A DNA stretch of 64,000 nt from an uncultured Planctomycetota bacterium (lineage in GTDB: Bacteria; Planctomycetota; Planctomycetia; Isosphaerales; Isosphaeraceae), in NCBI GenBank assembly GCA_963845755.1, contig CAWJTV010000029.1:224001-288000 (forward strand), written 5' to 3'. The number at the start of each line of letters is the position of its first letter. The stretch's first letter is position 1. The translations under genes were made by a program, and so were the position numbers. The notes beneath the pieces were generated by a model that worked only from the letters and a program-made list of their open reading frames with translations, did not search any database and was not told where the DNA came from. This document shows, one piece after another, positions 55,153 to 64,000 of this stretch.

Positions 55153-55931
55153 TCATCCCTCCTCTCGTGCGTCTGTCGGTTCCACCGGCTTTTGACGCGA
55201 CTTCTTGGCCTGCTCGGCTCGGTAGCTCGGAACGTTCAACTCCACGATCACGCTATGGTGCACCAGCCGGTCGATGGCGGCGGCGGTCGTCATCGGATCC
55301 TTGAAGATCGCCTCCCATCCCGAAAACGGCAGGTTGCTCGTCAGCATCACGCTCCCGCGCTCGTACCGTTCCGCCAGCAGGTTGAAGAGCACCTCCATCT
55401 CGTCCCGGCTGTATTGTACGTATCCAATATCGTCAAGGATCAGCACCTCATATCGGGAAATCTTCTTGAGAAAACCGCGCAGCTTCAGGTCGCGCTTCGC
55501 GGCCAACAGATCTTGAACCATCAAGGCGGCACGTCGCGAACATCACCTTCCGCCCCGAGCGGATCAGTTCCTGCCCGATCGCGCACGCCACGTGGCTCTT
55601 GCCACTGCCGGGATTCCCGAATATGAGCACATTGTCATTTCGTCCAACAAAATCGCCTTCGAGCAGAGTTCTGACCTGCTGCGCCGCCTTGGACGGCAGT
55701 CGCTTCAGGTCCAGGCTTGACAGGTTCTTTTCCATGAACAGCCTCGATTCTCGCAACAACCGCTCGACCCGGTGGGAACGCCGCGACTCGCACTCGCGCT
55801 CCGCCAGATCCAGGAGGTAACGTTCGTAACTGGTTCGACTCCTGACGGGCTCGTGCCGCCGCCGATTCGTACGCCTGCCGGATCGTCGGCAGGTGGAGCT
55901 CGCGAAGGCAGTCCGTCAGAGACTCATGCAC
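55153..55931 (-). CDS. istB: IS21 helper ATPase IstB; frameshifts near 55835 and 55525
   Basis: GNPGSGKSH, LILDDIGY, TSNLPFSGW, AAIDRLVHH. Confidence 0.92.
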
Positions 55932-57427
55932 ATCGATTGGCTTACTGATGGAATATCCTCCCTGGTCTCGAGTAACAGGTCGTACATCGACAAATCCACC
56001 GTCGTGACGACCACCTCCATCGCGCGAGGCAGGCCCAGGTCGTGACCCAGGTGCTCCGTGACGACGGTCGGGGTGATCGGCATGTTCCCGTCCAAGAGCC
56101 GGCCCAGGACGGCGTCGACCCCGACTTCCGACTCCTTCGCCGCCAACTCCAGGATCCGGAGATAATCCTTGGTGGCGCGGGCCGGGCTTTGTGCCAGCAA
56201 GACGTCGTAGGCTCGGCGAAACCGGCCGGTTGGGAACATCGCGTCCCGGTGCCGATAGGCCGCGAACGCCCCCGGCTTGCGCACCAACCAGTCGATCACG
56301 TGCCGATAGTTAATCACGTGTTTGTTGTGGCCGCGCTGCCGAGGGACCCTTTCAATCAGCGCCGCGCCGTGCCACACCTCCAGGCATTCCGCCATCACAT
56401 GGACATCGACCTGTTCACCGATGAGTCGGCTCGGCACCGAGTAGGTGTTGGAGCCAACCCGGATCGTACTCCCCTGGGTGACCCGCACCCGGCGCCGGTG
56501 CCAGGCGTCCACCCGCCGCGAGGGGAGGTCCTTCAGCAACAGTCGTTCCTCGGTGAACCGCGGGATCCGTCCGCTGTTGCGCTGAGCGAAGACCTGGCGA
56601 AGGAACAGCTCGTAGGCTGCTCGGTCGGCGAAATCGCGGCCGCTGCGCAACATCAGGGCCTGATCCATCGCTTGTTTGAACCGGTTATGACTCTGTTCGG
56701 CGTCTCCGTTCTGGTTGGCCTTACCAGCCTGGATGGCTTGAGGTGCCATGCCATAGTGGGCCATCAAGGCGCGGTATCGTTGCTGGAACAAGTCCCGATC
56801 GCCGAGGTTGTTGACCGCGGCCGTGAGCCGATCGGTGCGATGAGTCTGGGGAACCCCTCCCAGTTCCCAAAGGGCGTTCTGGAGCCCCTGGCTGAGGCTC
56901 TCGAAACTTTCGGAGAAACAGACGGTGCCGGTCTCCCAGTTGGAGTAGGTCAGAACGAAGTGATAGACCAGGTGATCGAACGATTGGCCAGCGAGTGTGA
57001 CCTGCAAATCGTTCAGGGAAGTGAAGTCGGAGGCGCCGAACGCGCCGGGCGTGTGGATCTGATCGAAGAAAACCTCCTTGGGTGGACCGTCGGTGGCCCG
57101 CCACGCTTTGATCTTCCGTTGCAAGGTCCGGAGCTGGCCGTCGGGGAACCGGCCCGGGAAGCGATGCTGAAGATCCTCAAACAGGGTCTTGGCTTGGAGC
57201 CCCGGGTTGAGCACCAGCCGATCGTGGAGTTCCGGCCAGACTTCCTGGAACGGATCCTCCCGGGTCCGCCAGGTCTTGGGAGTCCACGATTCACTGGGCA
57301 GGCGATCCGAGTCTCGGTACTTTTGAGCGGTCTTGGCGTCCATACCCACCTTCCAAGCCGCACGGTAGAGCGGCATTCCCTCGCCGAGAAGCTGGCGAAG
57401 CTTGAGAACCTGGATGTCCTTGGTCAT
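55916..57427 (-). CDS. istA: IS21 transposase IstA (DDE)
   Basis: HTH N-terminus, LRTLQR, SDFT, RTDRL, NGDAEQ, NTYSVPSRLIG. Confidence 0.95.
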   Translation of the reverse strand: MTKDIQVLKLRQLLGEGMPLYRAAWKVGMDAKTAQKYRDSDRLPSESWTPKTWRTREDPFQEVWPELHDRLVLNPGLQAKTLFEDLQHRFPGRFPDGQLRTLQRKIKAWRATDGPPKEVFFDQIHTPGAFGASDFTSLNDLQVTLAGQSFDHLVYHFVLTYSNWETGTVCFSESFESLSQGLQNALWELGGVPQTHRTDRLTAAVNNLGDRDLFQQRYRALMAHYGMAPQAIQAGKANQNGDAEQSHNRFKQAMDQALMLRSGRDFADRAAYELFLRQVFAQRNSGRIPRFTEERLLLKDLPSRRVDAWHRRRVRVTQGSTIRVGSNTYSVPSRLIGEQVDVHVMAECLEVWHGAALIERVPRQRGHNKHVINYRHVIDWLVRKPGAFAAYRHRDAMFPTGRFRRAYDVLLAQSPARATKDYLRILELAAKESEVGVDAVLGRLLDGNMPITPTVVTEHLGHDLGLPRAMEVVVTTVDLSMYDLLLETREDIPSVSQSMCMSL

Positions 57428-58335
57428 GGTGGTTGCCTCCTGACCGAGGAGGAAACCACGTAGTGAACAACCAAGCGAGAGGAGGCGGGAATTCTGATTG
57501 TCGCTGGGCGGGAATTCTAATTGTCGCTAATCAGTTGGCGATGTATCGGTAGTTGACCATGGCCGCGCTGTAAGCATCGCCTTCCTCGTTGCGCCCAGCG
57601 GCTATGGCGTCTCGCACCATCGCTACCTCGAAGCCCTCTTCGACGAGGTCGCGCATGTGTCCCTCGAGGCAGAGGTTCCCCACAGGGCCCGCCATGATCA
57701 CCTTCTCGATGCGACGCATGCGCAGCTGCTTGATCACGTCGTTCGTGCGCGCCGACATACCCTTATGTAGTGACGTATTGCATGTCTTCCCATCCTGGAG
57801 ATACTTCCGGTATCGCTCCGGAAAATCAGCCCCGGACCCCACGAAGCCTTCCAGGCTCAGAGGATCCTTCCGCAAGACGAAGCCCACCTGCACGAGGTAA
57901 TGCGAGATAGCACCGCCAGGAGCGACCCACTGGCCATCGGTCGGGTAGTAGTAGTGCGGCGAGTGGATGACCGGGAAGCCGCATTCCTTGGCGCAGCGCA
58001 AGAGCTCTTCCAAGTGATCGGGCACCTTGTTGGCTCTCAGGCTCTCCTCGATCAATGGATAATACGTCCCGCCCTCTGTCAGGAACTCGTTCTGGACGTC
58101 CGCCAAGAACAATGCGGTGTGACCCTTGTCGAGCTGCATCTCCGGGTTGCGGTGGATAAACGTGAACATCCGAAATCTCCTTCATGTCTAATAAACCCGT
58201 GGATTGACGTCGATCCCTTGCTCGGGACGGTCTTGCAACCGGAGCACGTCCCGCGTTATTGAGGAGCGGCATCTAACTGAGCGATCAGCCAGATGCCGCC
58301 GGACATCCTTCCAGAGTCTTCCCCTTCGCGAGCGG

Positions 58336-59190
58336 TCAAACCGCGTCGTTAATTCGCCCAATCCTCCGATGGAGCTCGCCAAAATTGATCGCCGAGGTGG
58401 TCGAGGGCTTCTCGCCGGTGCCCTTCGCCAGGTCGCCGGACAAGAGCTCGGTCGCGGCCTTTGCCAGATTGCCCATGACACGCGCGTAGAGCGCGACGCC
58501 GAGGATGAGCCGCTTTACGCCCGCCGCCTGGACCTCGGCCCAAGGTGCAGTCCCCTGCATGGTCCCCACGACGAGATTCACCGGCTTCGGGGCGACTGCG
58601 CGGACGATGGCGCGAACCGCGTCCATATCGGTCGGATACGGCGCGAAAAGGACGTCGGCACCGACTTCGGCGAACGCGACGAGACGCTTGATCGTGTCGT
58701 CGAGATCGGGCCGGCCCTGGAGGAAGTTGTCCGTGCGGCCCGTGAGCACGATGCGTCCCTTGGCGACCTTGGCGGCGGCCTTCACCCTGGCTATGGCCTT
58801 GTCGAAGTCGTGGATCGGCCGCTCGGGGTCGGCGGTGGTGTCCTCGATGCCGACGCCGGCCAGTCCCGCGGCGATCGCTGCCTCGACCGTTTCCGCGACG
58901 TCGCTAGGCTCCGGGCCGAAGCCGTCCTCGAGATCGCCGTTCAGAGGGAGGCCCGTGACGCGTACGATTAGCCGTGCGTTGGTCAGGTGTTCATCACGGC
59001 TGACCGCATGACGCCCGTCCAGCCGACCGAGGGACAGGGCGATCGCCGCCGAGGACGTGCCCAGTGCCTCGAAGCCGGCGTCCTTCATCAAGAGGGCGGA
59101 CGCGCCGTCCCAGGGATTCGGCATGATGAATCCCCCGGGTCTTTCGTGCAGGGCGCGGAAGCGTTTGTGGAGTTCTGGCTGACTAGGCAT
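58336..59190 (-). CDS. Isocitrate lyase/PEP mutase family protein
   Basis: PNPWDGASA, TSSAA, DLEDGFG, IEDT, GRTD, GADVLFAP; GGAGG RBS. Confidence 0.9.
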   Translation of the reverse strand: MPSQPELHKRFRALHERPGGFIMPNPWDGASALLMKDAGFEALGTSSAAIALSLGRLDGRHAVSRDEHLTNARLIVRVTGLPLNGDLEDGFGPEPSDVAETVEAAIAAGLAGVGIEDTTADPERPIHDFDKAIARVKAAAKVAKGRIVLTGRTDNFLQGRPDLDDTIKRLVAFAEVGADVLFAPYPTDMDAVRAIVRAVAPKPVNLVVGTMQGTAPWAEVQAAGVKRLILGVALYARVMGNLAKAATELLSGDLAKGTGEKPSTTSAINFGELHRRIGRINDAV

Positions 59191-59315
59191 CTTCGATGTC
59201 CTCCTCCTTCGGTTCTGAACTACGACCGCGGATTGCCCCCGTCTCCGCTCGCGGACGATCTCACGATCGAGACGTCTTATTATTGGCACGAGTACACCGA
59301 GCATGACCGACAATC

Positions 59316-59414
59316 AGGCAGCAAATCCTGCCAAATTGCTGCCTACCAATCTCGGCCTATTTTCATCGTCGCCCCTGTCAGTTTTAATGCGGGTGAGGCA
59401 GCAAATCCTGCCAA
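59316..59414. promoter_or_regulatory. Duplicated 19-bp site (putative AraC/GlxA operators)
   Basis: AGGCAGCAAATCCTGCCAA at 59316-59334 and 59396-59414 with internal GGCAG/CTGCC dyad, between divergent genes. Confidence 0.65.
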
Positions 59415-59452
59415 GTTACTGGCGAGTTTGACTTGCAACGGAGGGGCCAGCC

Positions 59453-60418
59453 GTGACTAATCGGAGTGTGGTGCTCGTGGGTTTCGAAGGGGCGTTTGCC
59501 CTCGATCTCATAGGACCCTGGGAGGTGTTGGCCATGGCCGGGCCCGATCATTACTCCCTGAGGATCGCCACTCTGGGCGGGGGCTCGTTCAAGTCCAGTT
59601 CGGGGGCGAGGCTGGAAGCCCATGCGGCCCTGGAACGCGTGCGGGGCCCGATAGACACCCTGCTGATATCTGGCGGAGACGGAATCTTCGCCGCCGGGGC
59701 CGACCCAGACTTCCTCAGGCACATTAGGCGGCTGGCCGCGACCGCCAGGCGAGTCGGCTCGATCTGCACTGGTGCGTTCGGCCTGGCCGCGGCCGGGCTG
59801 CTCGACGGCCGCAAGGCCACCACGCACTGGGCGTATTGCGACCGGATGGCCGCCGAGTACCCGCAGGTGTCCCTCGACCCAGACCCGATCTTCGTCAAGG
59901 ACGGCAACGTGTACACATCCGCCGGGGTAACCGCCGGGATGGACCTGGCGCTGTCACTCGTGGAGGAGGATCTCGGCCACAATCCGGCGATGCATGCGGC
60001 CCGGCATCTCGTCCTGTTCGTCCGCCGACCGGGGGGGCAGTCGCAGTTCTCGGCGGCGCTCGAGCTCCAGGCGGCCGACCGGCAGCCGCTCCGCGACCTA
60101 CAGTCGTGGCTGGCGGACAATCTGGCGGCGGACCTCTCCGTAGAGGTCCTCGCCGCGCGGGTCCACATGAGTCCGCGGAACTTCGCCCGGGCATTCACCG
60201 ATGAAGTTGGGACCACCCCCGCCCGGTACGTCGAGCGGGTGCGGGTCGAGGCCGCCAGGCGGCGGCTGGAGGAATCCGACGACGGGATAGATCGTGTGGC
60301 GACGTCGTGCGGATTCGGCAGCGGCAACTCGATGCGGCGATCTTTCCTCAGAGTGATCAAGGTGCCGCCGGCCGACTATCGGGCGCGATTCCGGTCGAAG
60401 CCTCGTATCGGAGCGTGA
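59453..60418 (+). CDS. GlxA-family AraC regulator (DJ-1/PfpI + HTH)
   Basis: SICTGAF, ATTHW, TSAGVTAGMD, RRPGGQSQFS, MSPRNFAR. Confidence 0.92.
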   Translation: MTNRSVVLVGFEGAFALDLIGPWEVLAMAGPDHYSLRIATLGGGSFKSSSGARLEAHAALERVRGPIDTLLISGGDGIFAAGADPDFLRHIRRLAATARRVGSICTGAFGLAAAGLLDGRKATTHWAYCDRMAAEYPQVSLDPDPIFVKDGNVYTSAGVTAGMDLALSLVEEDLGHNPAMHAARHLVLFVRRPGGQSQFSAALELQAADRQPLRDLQSWLADNLAADLSVEVLAARVHMSPRNFARAFTDEVGTTPARYVERVRVEAARRRLEESDDGIDRVATSCGFGSGNSMRRSFLRVIKVPPADYRARFRSKPRIGA

Positions 60419-60475
60419 TCGTGGCAACCCGGAAGCCGGAACTAACTTCGAGGAAAACCGCTCCGGAAGACTCTA

Positions 60476-61696
60476 GTGCTCTGTCACAGCTTAATTTTGG
60501 GGTAGATCGACTTCAATTTGGAGCGGGCATCGTCGATCTTCATCTGCCAATCCACTCCGCGCTGGGTGCTGTTGACGTCGGTTGACCAAGCGGTGGTCTC
60601 CACTCGCAGCGCCTGGGCATCACCGAAGCGGCGGCCGGCTATACACTGCCGCGTCAACGAGCTGAGCTCGTTCTCGGCGATGTTCAGCCAACTGCCGTGC
60701 TTGGGGGTGTAGCAGAACTCGATGCGGCGGACCAACTGGCGAGCACGGGGCGGTGCAAAGACTTCGTAGAAGGCACCCTTGGTGTGCGTGTTCAAGTTGT
60801 CGCATACCACGATCACTCGCTCGGCACTGGCATAACGGCCCTCCAACAGCGCGGCCATCTCGATCGCCCAGTCAACCTTGGTCTTGGTATCCCGGACGGC
60901 CACCTCGCGCCAGCCCGCCAGCGGCTCGGTGAACATAAAGATGTTCGCCGTCCCGGCACGCTCGTATTCGTAGTCAACGCGCTTGGCGTGTCGGCGCGTG
61001 GCAGGGATCGGCACGCGGGACTCCTTCAGCAATTGCACCGGCTGTTCGTCCATGGACAGGATCGGCCGCATCGAGTCGTAAGGCTTGGCGTAGGTCTCCA
61101 GCACCTCTTCCATGTGGGCCACGAACTCACCGTCAGCCTCGGGCGGGATGACCCAGTACTCGATCTTGCGGTTGGTCATCCCGTTTTTTTCAGAGTCCGC
61201 CGCACCGTCTCGTAACTGACGGTTTCGACGATCCCCAGTTCCACCACCTTTCGAGCTAAGAGCCGCAGCGTCCAGTTGGCATAACCCGGGGGCGGTGACC
61301 CGAGCCGTGTGGCGATGATCTTCGCCTCCTGTTCGCCGTTGAGTAGCTTCTCGACCGGCGGCATCTGGCGCCTGCTGCGGTCCAATGCCTCTCGAAAGCC
61401 GTACTCCACGAGACGCTGACGAATGTTCTCGACGGTCTGCGTTCGGCATCCGAACGCCTCGGCGATGCGACGATCGGTCCAGTTCGGACCGTCCGCATCG
61501 GCCTTGAACAGGATCTGGGCGCGTTGAACCTTCTCGCTGGTTCCCTTCAACTTCTTGATCACGGCCGCCAACTCGTCCCGTTCCTCAGCCGTAAGCCGGA
61601 CAATGTACTTCTTGTTCATGGGGGCCTCCTTGTTCCCCGTATCATCCACGGTCGCGGAGGTTTCCCCAACCCCAATTTTTAGCTGTGACAAAGCAC
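60476..61696 (-). mobile_element. IS630-family insertion sequence
   Basis: TIRs GTGCTCTGTCACAGCT / AGCTGTGACAAAGCAC, TA duplication (in CTAG) on both sides. Confidence 0.93.
60484..61619 (-). CDS. IS630 transposase, orfA (HTH) + orfB (DDE) joined by a probable programmed -1 frameshift at A7 (61184-61190)
   Basis: WTLRLLA..VSYETVRRTLKK; MDE, DNLNTH, TPKHGSWLNIAE. Confidence 0.92.
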
Positions 61697-61841
61697 TAGT
61701 CGGTGACTTGGTGGACGCATCCTTGCGAACCGCCTCAGTCGCTTTCCATGTATCGCCCGCGATACTTCCGTAACTCTCGCGATGCTCGAAGGCTTCGGCC
61801 GGGCAGACTCGGCGGCGTCTCACGAGCCGCACAACATCGTG

Positions 61842-62084
61842 TTACGCGGCTGCGGGATTGCCGGGCGTTCTTGCGGCAACGCCGGCGACGTCGGTGCCCT
61901 CGAGCCGTGGCAGGATCGACTTGGCTTCGAGTCCCCCCGCGAAACCGGCGAACTTGCCAGTCGATTCGATGCCTCGGTGGCACGGCCCGATGATGGCGAT
62001 CGGGTTCTTTCCGTTGGCGGCGCCGACGGCCCTCACGGCGGCTGGGCTGCCGATCTGTCTAGCCAGTTCGCCGTACGTGCGTCT
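61842..62084 (-). pseudogene. Methylated-DNA-protein-cysteine methyltransferase (Ogt/MGMT), C-terminal remnant
   Basis: [28 protein letters not shown]; in-frame stops immediately upstream. Confidence 0.8.
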
Positions 62085-62762
62085 TCATTCCGGGGACACC
62101 TAACTCGGGCCCGCTTGCCAATGCGCGTCCCGGAATGGATGGTCCTGAGTAGTGCGACTCGGGGCTGGCGCAAGGTAGGCCCCTGTCGAACTCTTCCCTT
62201 GTCGAGCTAGTCGGACGGAACTGAGCCGCTCTTCGGCTGCGTCGGCATCATGAATCGCCTGTCGGCAGAAATCGGCCGGAAGTTCGGTGGCGATGTCGGC
62301 GAATTGGCAGGCGAATCGACTGAGAGCCGTTCTGTGAACAACGACTTAAGTTGTTCTTAGTGAGATGCTTACGATCAATACCGGCAACCTGAGACTCTCA
62401 AGGCGGCGGGTAACTTACCCGCGTCTTTGATAGGCGTAAGTCATTACAATAAAAAGAGTTGCAACATAAGAATTGGAGGCGGCGTGAATTGCACCCGCGG
62501 CCCAGATACCGCAAGTCCTTTCTCCGCATGATACTTGCGTCCACAATGGATGCCAGTGGTTGCAATATGTGTGCACGGATGCGGCACTACAGGAGCTTGT
62601 CGCGAACTGGCAACGCCTGACGCCTGCCGTCAGGACCGCCATCTTAGATCTTGAGCGGCGCGCCTGATCCTCGGGACCCGGATCGGATGTACGAGGAATC
62701 CAACCTTCGTTGAGAGACCAGTGGAGAGGGTGACTTCGACGTGTCCCGCGCTTGGAGTCGGT

Positions 62763-63110
62763 TCACTGGAGACCGAGCGCGACCCTTAGGCAGTCATCGA
62801 TCTGAGTCATCGTCGCGGCCGAGAGGGATCCCAAGACGCGAAGGATATCGCTCTGGCGCATCGTGAGCAGGTTTGTTGCGATGAGGGCCGAATCCCTCGC
62901 GAGCCCACATCCTGGCTCGACCGCCAGCTCGATCAGATGCTGCGTGGCCTCGTTTACGCGAGCGGTGTTGCCGGAGATTTGGGCAACGATCGTGTTCGTC
63001 ATCCGAGCGTTATTTCGGTCATTTTGAACGACCAGAGCGGGGCGCACCTTGGCACCACCCGTCGTGAACGGGTAATCGACCAGCACGATGTCGCCGCGAT
63101 TCACCTTCAT
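62763..63110 (-). CDS. PemK/MazF family endoribonuclease toxin
   Basis: RGDIVLVDYP, KVRPALVVQND, IDDCLRVALGL. Confidence 0.92.
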   Translation of the reverse strand: MKVNRGDIVLVDYPFTTGGAKVRPALVVQNDRNNARMTNTIVAQISGNTARVNEATQHLIELAVEPGCGLARDSALIATNLLTMRQSDILRVLGSLSAATMTQIDDCLRVALGLQ

Positions 63111-63349
63111 CGGCGGGGGTCGAGAATGTTATATTCATCCATTTGTGGATCGTCCCAACCGTCTTGTCCGAAGACCTTCATTGCGAGGGGATATGAGTCC
63201 CTCGTATCATCAGCCAAAGCACAAATACGGTCGTAGACGTCGGCCTTGAGGATGACGTACTCGGTTTGTGTCTCGGGATCGGCGAGTCGAACAGGCTCCT
63301 CGCCTGCCCTCTGGATCTCTTGCCGCTGTTCGGGGGTGAGAGTGGCCAT
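63107..63349 (-). CDS. Putative antitoxin
   Basis: 80 aa, acidic C-terminus GWDDPQMDEY, ATGA overlap with the toxin, AAGGAG RBS. Confidence 0.75.
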   Translation of the reverse strand: MATLTPEQRQEIQRAGEEPVRLADPETQTEYVILKADVYDRICALADDTRDSYPLAMKVFGQDGWDDPQMDEYNILDPRR

Positions 63350-63569
63350 ATGGGCGCTCCTTCTGTGATACGAACATTCTAACCGAGCTCAGTCCGGTTG
63401 TCTCGGGCAGGCACACCGGAAACCCGGGCGCACGCACTCAGTCAATGGTCTGACTGTCTTGTCGGCTCTTTTCTGGTAAGCTCATGAAATCCGGGCGCGA
63501 CGATGCGGCGTGTTCTTACGTTCGGCTGGACGAAAAGCTGGACCAACGCCGCGCGATGTTGAGGGTGCC

Positions 63570-63686
63570 ATGAGCGAAGAATCGATGCGGACTCACGACG
63601 TCTTCCTGAGCTACTCCACGAAAGACAAGACCTGGGCCGACGCGGCGTGCTCAGTGCTCGAGCAGCATCAGGTTGGGCAAACCTGA
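63570..63686 (+). pseudogene. TIR domain N-terminal fragment
   Basis: MSEESMRTHDVFLSYSTKDKTWADAACSVLEQH then an early stop. Confidence 0.7.
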
Positions 63687-63714
63687 TAGATCCCAGACTC
63701 TCAGCCTCCCTGTC

Positions 63715-63975
63715 TCATAATCCGACTTGCTCAAAACGCGGATCACTCTGGAAACGCTCTCTTTTTCGCTCGGTGCTGCCCCCCTCGACCTTCTCCTCCA
63801 ACTGACGGCCGCGCGCGAGCCACTCGTTGACCACTCGATTGTACTCGGCTCGAGACTGGTGAGGGTTCCCGGGGCCGAGGTAGTGATCGACTCCATTCAA
63901 GGTGACGACGGCCTGTCCGCTGGCCTCGTGCTTTCGCTAGGATGGGATCGTAGCCGCTTTCGGGGATAGGCCCAT
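63715..63975 (-). pseudogene. Phage-integrase N-terminal arm remnant with internal TAG (63937-63939)
   Basis: PS*RKHEASGQAVVTLNGVDHYLGP...AEYNRVVNEWLARGR; no catalytic domain follows. Confidence 0.7.
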
Positions 63976-64000
63976 GATGCGTCTCATTTGCCCAGACAAT

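Larger units (their letters stand above)
55022..57533 (-). mobile_element. IS21-family insertion sequence (2512 bp)
   Basis: 18-bp perfect TIR TGATTAGCGACAATTAGA with TG..CA ends, internal repeated CGACAAT boxes, istA + istB. Confidence 0.95.
54960..58169 (-). pseudogene. Isochorismatase/cysteine hydrolase family gene split by IS21
   Basis: ADVQNEF, GNLCLEGHMR, VRDA; ...NYRYIAN ends at the IS; tail HAVWTTEVAVQRMKSAASA* resumes at 55019-54960. Confidence 0.88.

Noticed and set aside
2353..55931. Mass pseudogenisation or programmed frameshifting suggested by about 20 frameshifted genes
   Set aside because: Indels hit otherwise intact genes, including bioB and istB, and a compensating pair occurs near 22230-22290; sequencing error is the simpler explanation. 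Only the IS630 A7 site fits a programmed shift.
62336..62356. GAACAAC-N7-GTTGTTC inverted repeat
   Set aside because: Short, single and without a clearly associated gene; could be chance.

Overview
High-GC bacterial window whose gene content and repeats point to a planctomycete, probably Isosphaeraceae-like (inference from Planctomycete-type ECF sigma factors, many Tat-signal enzymes and characteristic repeat motifs). About 20 genes are split by single-base indels and one carries a compensating pair, which looks like long-read assembly error, so those genes are annotated as single CDSs. Contents in order: lactate permease end, phosphoesterase, GlmU-like protein, GT-C glycosyltransferase, secreted hydrolases and propellers, two sigma factors, an EAD1-like/STAND/TPR protein with an internal duplication, a pectin-related pair, a resolvase remnant and an attC-flanked VOC gene, GT2/GT4 genes, a three-gene type VII-like operon (two helical WXG100-like proteins plus a membrane-anchored triple-FtsK ATPase), a two-component system, an ECF sigma followed by exported enzymes, bioB, and a 53-64 kb mobile-element zone. 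That zone holds a 424-bp MITE in an oxidoreductase, IS21 in an isochorismatase, IS630, a PemK/MazF toxin-antitoxin pair, and TIR, integrase and MGMT remnants. A ~150-bp heptamer-built palindromic element occurs three times. The best candidates for an undescribed system are the T7SS-like operon, the heptamer element family and the EAD1-STAND protein. All family calls come from motif recognition by eye; no database search was run.
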